Below are positions 56,801-64,000 of a stretch of 64,000 nucleotides of DNA, one piece after another. Source of the DNA: Bugula neritina (Eukaryota > Animalia > Bryozoa); NCBI GenBank assembly GCA_964035545.1, contig OZ037767.1:25808628-25872627 (forward strand). The letters run 5' to 3'. The notes beneath the pieces are model-generated. The model saw nothing but the letters and a program-made list of their open reading frames with translations. It did no database searches and was not told where the DNA came from. Numbering within the stretch: position 1 is the stretch's first letter; every line of letters begins with the position of its first letter. Position numbers and translations under genes: made by a program.

Positions 56801-58990
56801 AAAATCACACCATGACAATTTCATCAGCTAACAAAGAAGGGACAAGCTTTACAGTTTGCACTATTCCTTGTCTAATTGCAGCAACACAGCATTCCAAGTT
56901 GCTCAATATTTACTATCATACAAAATCGGATCTGCCATGCAGTGGCTGGTTGCATAGTAGTTTCTTGGGGTGCGACAATAACATTCCAAGACTGATTTAT
57001 AGTTAATAATTAATAATTGGCCACATATTTGAGCAACAATTAGATAACATTTTTACACTATTGGTTACTATAGTCAACCCAACAACCCAGTCAAAGAAGT
57101 ACGTGATTTTAGTGCTTAGAACGGAGAGTAATTCCCAATGTATATGAAAATAAAAAGGAAATACATTTACTCTAGAGTTGCCTGAAGCCTTAACCAATCC
57201 TGACTGCTGTAACAATGCCTGGTGTTGATTACTACTTTCTTTACATTGACATTGACTATTGGCTGTGTTTTGCCCATTTACTAACACGCCATAGATAAGA
57301 CCTACGATATGGTAGCCTGACAAATTAATATTAACATATGCATTGTACTCTCATTATATTTGCATGAAGAGTTTAGAAACTATTATACAAACAAATATCT
57401 TCCGTTTGGTTTGTCTACTGAACAAGGAAAATTAAGCTAGCAGCTCATCAGACTATGAGTCAGGTTATCGGAAGTTCCAACGGGCTTGATTGAAATAGTG
57501 CTATAATGACTAATCCTCAGCACACAAGACTGAGTTCCACAAACACTGTTACATAGAACAGTCTTGGCCCATTCTCCTTAGTAATATTAAGATGACACCC
57601 AACACCAAAGGTGTTTAATCTTGCATATGACACAAACCTAAAGTAATAAACCTGTCCAACTACCTTCGTGGAGTTATTTCTATGCACATAGCTAATAATA
57701 TTGTATTAGGCTGTATAGAAACTGTTGGAGCATCACTAGTGTATGTACTTCCTCAATACTGACTGATAAACAGCACATGTAAAGGAAAGTGCTCAGCAAA
57801 CCACAAACTTTCTATCTATGTCACGAGTGGGTAGTGCTAAAAATAGTTACTGGTGTTTTGGTTAAAAACTTGAAATGTAAAGTAGTCCTAAACAGAAACA
57901 CTTAAATTTGAGTCCAGAAATATAGAAAACTTGAAACAGATAGTAACTCACCTTCTTCTGGACTGGGTGTTGGTACTGGAGCGGGTGTTACTGCTTGAGC
58001 AGGGGGTAAACTATGGTAAGGGTCATGAGCCCTAGTATAACTAGTAGGAGTCAGGTAATGCGGCTGTGGCATAGCAGAATGATGAGAGTAAGTTATAGGG
58101 TGGCCGATAACTATTTGTGGAGTGCTAGGTTCTGGCTGGTAGTGGCCAGATGTGTCCCCTGTGTCTACAGTCAAGTTCTGGTTCAATGGTGTGGGGGCGG
58201 ATGTACGCTGAGCAACCACTGGTCTGCCCTGGAAGTACTGAGGGTTACCACATGTTGGCGGTGAGACGTGAGCGGGCCACTGCATGTGCATGCCCGTAGG
58301 CCAGGGGGGTGACGTGTGACCGTGCTGCCGGTTGGGGGGTGTGTGGTACCCGCTGTCGTTGCTGAGCGCCTGTGGTGGTATCTCCGCCAGAGTGTGACTG
58401 TGTCGTAGCTGACTCACCACTGGTGCTGCCACATTGTCAATGCTGCCAGTTTTTGTAAGAATATTAGGCTCACTGTATCTATGTAAGGGATCTACTACTG
58501 GAGGATGGTGAGGGGCAGAATTGGAGAAGGCTGGTGATGCGTGACCCCCTCCCCGTAGTAAACTAGTGTTGAATGAATTACTCCTATGACGCAACTCATC
58601 CGACAGGCCAGACACAAATGGACCAAACTCGGAGGTGGAACTGTTAGAATCTGGTATTAATAGCTGGTCGGTTCGACCTCGTGTATCTACAGGTACATTT
58701 GTTAGCTCATCTATTGGATGTCCTTGTAACAATGCTCCTTCTCTTACTAGGCCAGGATTTGGTGCAGTATTCATACCCTCAGCTAGACAGCGACTGTCAA
58801 CACCTGACTGACTATCAGATGTGTGACGAGGACTGCTGCTTGGTGAGTGTGACAAAGCTGTCTGCTCCTGTGACTGATGAGGCGTGCCAACAGCGGCACT
58901 GTGTTGATCAGTATCCTGTACTATAGTTACAATCTCAGGGATGTAGAAGGAGTTTGCCTTAGATCTTTGTAAGCCGCCAACACTGGGCAT
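53819..58990 (-). CDS. TAB2: TAB2/3-like protein (low-complexity N-terminus, coiled coil, C-terminal NZF/RanBP2 zinc finger); exons 58990-57952, 56081-55924, 55081-55000, 54574-54422, 54057-53819
   Basis: WSCSRCTFLNHPLIATCEICQTPR (TF motif, typical of the TAB2/3 NZF); coiled coil ILGYQQDRKNRL...NENKRLASDIQRLT; phases consistent. No CUE domain found, so the symbol is tentative. Confidence 0.72.
56128..56297. mobile_element. MITE, Tc1/mariner-pogo type
   Basis: TA|CAACGATCCCTCCATATCTTAC ... GTGAGATATGGAGGGAACACTG|TA: ~22-bp imperfect TIRs with a TA target duplication. Confidence 0.75.
56810..57000 (+). mobile_element. Possible degenerate LINE (RT C-terminal) relic
   Basis: A frame with stops reads LTKKGQALQFALFLV*LQ...CIVVSWGATITFQD, loosely like the KKGQQRLYFL...CIVSWG region of CR1/L2/Rex1 ORF2. 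Confidence 0.25.
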
Positions 58991-60009
58991 AGCTCTCCCA
59001 AATCAATATCTATAAAATATTTAATAGGATGCATTGGTACAAGTCAATATAATACTAAGTATTCAAAATTCTTTTATTAAAGTATATTTCATATATCAAG
59101 TGAATATAAGTTGATCTGCTACAACTGCGGAGAACACTTGAGCAATGTAAAGGGATATAGCCAGGGTAAGGGCTTCCATTGCAAACATTGCTTTAGCAGT
59201 AAAACTAATAACTGACTGGACAAAACTAACAAAACTAATAAAATTCTACCTCAATAGATTGAACAAGAAAATACGTTCATTTTGCGAAAAATAACAAATC
59301 TTCAAACAAGTAGATGAAGTTATTACATATGAAAGCAATTAATATTCTTTCACACAAACTAAACTAAATCTCTTTCATCAGCTGCTTCAACTCTGAGAGC
59401 TGGGAATAGTTTTTTACCAACATTGATTAAATTCAAATTATAAATTTATTGAAGGAAAGCCTAGAATAAAACTTGGCAGCTTCAACCAAAAAGTTTAAAT
59501 CATGCCACTACTTTATAAAAGATACTTATGATTATAATCATATTGAGTATCAGACTCCAAACATATGAATAAGATTTTTGGTGTTATAATTCTTTACTTA
59601 TAACCATTATTCGTAGCTTTCAATCAATGAATAAATTCAATTCCAAAATAAAAATGATAACTATGATTTCAAATATGAGAAGGTTACAACACATTGAAGT
59701 TTAATGCCAAAAGACTAAGAGCAAAAACTGAAAATGTTGTTCATAATTACAATAAACTTAAAGATAAAAACAGGCATTTCAAATTGCTTTAAGTTTATTA
59801 ATAATTTTATTAATAACATTGTTATAGGTAAAACACTGATAGGTGATAAAGGTGATAATATCAACAAATTAAAATCACCAATTAATGTTATTTTTTCTTA
59901 ACCCCAAGTTCAAACTGAAGTTTAGTTTGGTTTAATCGAATTAAGTTTGAAAACATAACAGAGCTAGACATTCATATTCATCTCACTTTATGTGTATTGT
60001 TACCTCTAT

Positions 60010-60620
60010 TATCACATTCACAGTCAGTGTCACTGTGATGGTCGGTTTAAAAATCAATAAGTTACTCTTACCATCACTTTTTTAGTAGTGTAATTATAAG
60101 TTTAGTATTTTCATAATTAATCAGTTATACTTATAGTTATAGAAATAGACTAAGTATAATACTAATTGCCTAATATTAATAATAGTAGACGTAGTAGTAG
60201 TACTGAGCACAATTTTCTAACAAATTACTGATTAGACTAACCCAATGCCAAAGCCTAGTTTTTCATAATTAAAATCAAAGTCAATGGCCAAGTCTATGGC
60301 TAATGATTATTATAATTATTAATTATGATTAGTATCACTATGACTATGAGTATCACTCAGTATGACTATTACTATTAGTATTACTATTAGTTAGATTTTG
60401 CTTTAGTGATACCATTAGTATTAGTATTACTACTACTACTAGTAATACTAATAGAATTACAATAGTAATAGTAATACTAATAGTAGTACTATTAACTTTA
60501 GGTATTATTATTACTATTAGTATTATAATTATTAAGTTTAACTCTAAGACTAACAGCCCAACAGTAACTCCAACTCTAAGCCTAAGGCTCAACTTCATAC
60601 CGCATACGAGTTTCAGTTTG
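60010..60620. repeat. Period-6 A(G/C)T-core array on the TAB2 side
   Basis: tagtat cactat gactat gagtat cactca; tagtat tagtat tactac; aactct aagcct aaggct. Confidence 0.85.
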
Positions 60621-60727
60621 ACGTCCACCATCAGATTCGGTCACGACCCTAACTAAGAAAAGCTCTAACTTTTTTCAATTGTGATTGAACTTAGTTTTGC
60701 AAAATAAAAACAAACACTTTCTTATAC

Positions 60728-61462
60728 CAAATGTAAACGTCCACTGGTATAAAACTTTCAATGTTCCAAGTCACAAAACTTGAAAAGTTTCTCATCAGAT
60801 GTTTTAACCGTGTGTTTACATCTTATTTATGCAAGGTTAGCGGGGGTTATGTGTAGCTCCCTTATTTTTATGTCAACTTAGCTTGTTTTATTGCGCATGC
60901 CCAAAACCTGTTTCCTCACTTGGATTTATTATTATTATTGTCGCTCATTTCAAGTGGGGTAACTCTATTGTGTAAACTCTTGTGCAAACAGTTTTAAGGT
61001 TTAATTAGTAATTTATTGTAGCTTCTTTAGCAAAAAGTTTAAAAAAAAAACAAAAACATTACAAATAAAAAATGGTCAAATACGAAAGGCAGATGCAGTG
61101 ACAAGAATATAATCTTATAAGCAGCTTCAAGTTGAGGGTGACTGAGTGCAGTAGTTTCCGGTTCTCAATTTTATAATAGAAGTTTATATGATCCCCCAAT
61201 TCTAAACTCAAGAACTTCAAATTATTGCACTCATTCACTCTCAACTCGAAGCTGCTTATAAAATAATATGCAGTAAACAAAACATTGAGAAAAACTTGTG
61301 TTCTAGATTAGATTTTCAAAATGCGCCCCATGCCAAAGTCTTAAAGGAAAGCCAAAGAACTTAGTTTAGGAAACTTGCAAATCGCTTGAAACAGCACCAA
61401 GTTAAAATGATGGAGTTTAGCAGTACGAAGGTTTCGAGTTGAAATTTGGCGTTGAGACAACG
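60728..61462. promoter_or_regulatory. Bidirectional promoter TAB2-like / RTN4IP1
   Basis: Candidate minus-strand donor near 60727; NRF1-like TGCGCATGC ~60892; ETS-like TTTCCGG ~61156; plus-strand first-exon donor at 61529. Confidence 0.5.
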
Positions 61463-61689
61463 ATGCGTATACAAACTCCCGACTCTGTGCTGCTTCTACT
61501 CCTAGCAGTTTTCTCCACTACTGCAATAGTATGTGTATGTGAGCATCAGTATGAATGTTTACTTTTATCCACAAATATAACAAAAATCGGAATATGTAAA
61601 GAATATACAAAAATTCAGGCTAGGTATAGACTTGCTACTAAATGTGGCGTGCTAAATAGAAATCTAAAGTTAAACTGAAACAAGGACCT

Positions 61690-62260
61690 GGACTGAGTCT
61701 GGGGGAAAGTGAGACTGAGACTGAGAGTCAGACTGATACTCATACTGATAGTCATACTCAAACTGATACTGATAGTGATACTCACTCTAGCTGTAAGTAT
61801 AAGTGTAACTGTGTAAGTCTCAAATTGTGAGTGTGACTCAGAATTTTTAGCTGAGTGATTTGCTTAAAGTCGAAAACCCTGGTTTTTGGCGCTGATTACA
61901 GTAACATGATTTTTACCACTCTCTCAAAGGATGCAGGTGTGTTTGAGACTCAGAGTTACAATTGACACGTTCTGTGTCAGACTGAGACTCGGTGTGAGTG
62001 TTGGCAAATGCAAGACCATAGTGATAGTGATGCTGATAGCGATAGTAATACTATTGGTAATTTTTATTTATTAAATTTAATATAATAATAAATATTGAGT
62101 GCGTTTTTACTGATGTTGCGATTGCTATTATATTTATAATATTAATATCCAGTAAGAGTGTGATATGGACTGTAAGATCAGTATACTCATACTTATATTC
62201 ATACTCATACCAATTATTATAAGTATATGTATACTCATGCTCACAGTGACATTTACTTGT
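61690..62260. repeat. Period-6 A(G/C)T-core array on the RTN4IP1 side
   Basis: gactga gactga gagtca gactga tactca tactga tagtca tactca aactga tactga tagtga tactca. Confidence 0.85.
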
Positions 62261-63085
62261 AACTACTTATTCATATATTTTAATTTATCTATTGCTATAT
62301 TAACTTTAATAGTAAGATACTATATCATTTAGTTTCATTAGAAGTATAATAATCGTAGTATACATTGGTGATTGGTGGTTAGTTGTTTAATTTTATAGTT
62401 ATAATTATTGACTGCATTCAATTATAATTAACATTCTATTCTAATAAATTTAGTAGACACCTGAGTTTTTAGTTGTAAGCAGTATTCATTTAATTTATAA
62501 CTTCACTCATTTCCTATAATTACACTTCTTCTTACCATGATTTTAAAACTTATAACTTTCAGACTCAATTGCTCAATATGCAAGTAATAGTGGTAACTGA
62601 TGAAATATTTTACTGTTATATAGTTATATATTATAATAATATATTATGATTAATTTATATTCTATTGTTTTAAAATTTATATTTACACGTTAATCAATAA
62701 ATTACTGACTATCTAATACACTTTGCGGCATTGTGATTTTTTGAATACATAAAAATATGCTTTGATGTTTTACTGCGCTGATCAAATTGAGTATATATAT
62801 TATTTTTTAGTTTATCAACAATGTCTTTCACTCATCCAAACAGTTATATTTGATTATTATAATTTTTACTATTTATAAGAACTAAATAAATACATTTTAT
62901 AGTTGGCCCAAGAAGCTTGCAGACTTTTTGTCTAGTTTTCAGTTTGTTTATTTTGCAGAGCAGCAGATCATGACAATCAAAACATTCTAAGTAAAGAATT
63001 TATGCTTTTGTACATTTAGGAACATTTAGAAGCAAAAAAATCAAATTTGGTGGCCTATTCTAAAAGTTGTAGACAGCAAGCTATC

Positions 63086-63253
63086 ATGTCTTTGATGCTG
63101 TGTAAAAAGTGTTTCACAAAGTTCCGTGGAAGTCAGCAATTTCGAACTCTGGCAGCTTATTCAACTCTGGCACTTGATGGAAACTATGCATGGGTTAGAC
63201 AGAGCAAAGGTCCTAGGTAATTGAGTATAGAGCCTAATAATCAATGTAATATG

Positions 63254-63293
<40 letters not shown>

Positions 63294-63939
63294 TGTATGA
63301 TTATTTGTGTTTTTAGAATATGCTCAGCCGCCTAAACAATCCAACGAATGCTTACATTAACCTGACAATGCAAAATAGACCTCTATTTAGTTTAATTTTA
63401 CATGGTTATGATAAAAGAAATGTTTATCAAATCATTCTATGTTTGTGTTTTTAATGGATAGACTGGTATTGAAGAAACACGCTGTGCCTCATCTTAGCAA
63501 CCCTCATGATGTGCTGATTCAAGTGAAGGCTGCCAGTGTAAATCCTATGGATGTTAGGATGATAGGTAAGTTGTCTGCCCATTATTATCTCCAATAGGAA
63601 TTTACTTATTTTTAACCACTTACTGATCCACAACTTTTGAAGCAGTCTACTGTGTTGCATGTTTTGGCTACATATGACAGGGAGTTGTCTCATCATTTGA
63701 TCAGTAACTTTCCTATGTTAAAGCGTACATGAGTGTGTCATGAGGTACTTGATGTGTATTTCATATTCAAGTCAGTTAAACAGAAATATTGTAGAAGAAA
63801 TTGTTTTAATGATACATATTCATTCTTTACTTTGCTCTCAGCCGTATCTCCATCTTTTGTTCAGAGAGATATGGGGAGACAATTCTCAATGCGTATAGTA
63901 AGGTCAAACAGCTGTCCGATGATCCACTTTCCTGGTGCA
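63086..63939 (+). CDS. RTN4IP1: Reticulon-4-interacting protein 1, mitochondrial (MDR/quinone oxidoreductase family), 5' part; exons 63086-63216, 63462-63565, 63865-63939
   Basis: Basic presequence MSLMLCKKCFTKFRGSQQFR, then AWV..., PHDVLIQVKAASVNPMDVRMIERYGETILN; phases consistent; the gene continues beyond the window. Confidence 0.8.
63253..63294. repeat. (GTGC)n tetranucleotide microsatellite
   Basis: About 10 copies of gtgc. Confidence 0.95.
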
Positions 63940-64000
63940 GTAAGTGCTTAATGTGTTGCAATCTGGTTCCAATAGTAAACTATTAGAAACTAATTTGACC

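Noticed and set aside
60353-60631. 92-aa hydrophobic ORF
   Set aside because: A by-product of the period-6 array; no splice or homology support.

Overview
AT-rich, intron-dense animal genomic DNA. The gene content suggests an invertebrate, probably a spiralian (inference only). I reconstructed about ten spliced genes by hand from GT/AG sites and reading phase. In order: a divergent TALE-class homeobox gene (-), an orphan membrane-protein gene with a duplicated exon (-), a GPI-anchored alkaline phosphatase (-), SINHCAF/FAM60A (-) head-to-head with a SAPS-domain PP6 regulatory subunit (+), a secreted beta-propeller-like/PAN-Apple protein (-), REPS1/2 (-) head-to-head with RBBP4/7 (+), and a CUE-less TAB2/3-like gene (-) head-to-head with RTN4IP1 (+, cut by the window end). 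Introns hold a hAT element with TIRs and an 8-bp TSD, two inverted tRNA-derived SINE copies, a TA-flanked MITE and many micro/minisatellites. Most notable: (1) arrays with A(G/C)T every 6 bp flank all three bidirectional promoters; (2) a TALE homeodomain with Glu at position 50 sits behind a compact promoter with paired TCF/LEF sites and a Helper site; (3) the divergent REPS-RBBP4/7 pair mirrors human REPS2-RBBP7; (4) three splice sites carry tandem duplications. Exon coordinates are manual and not checked against RNA data.
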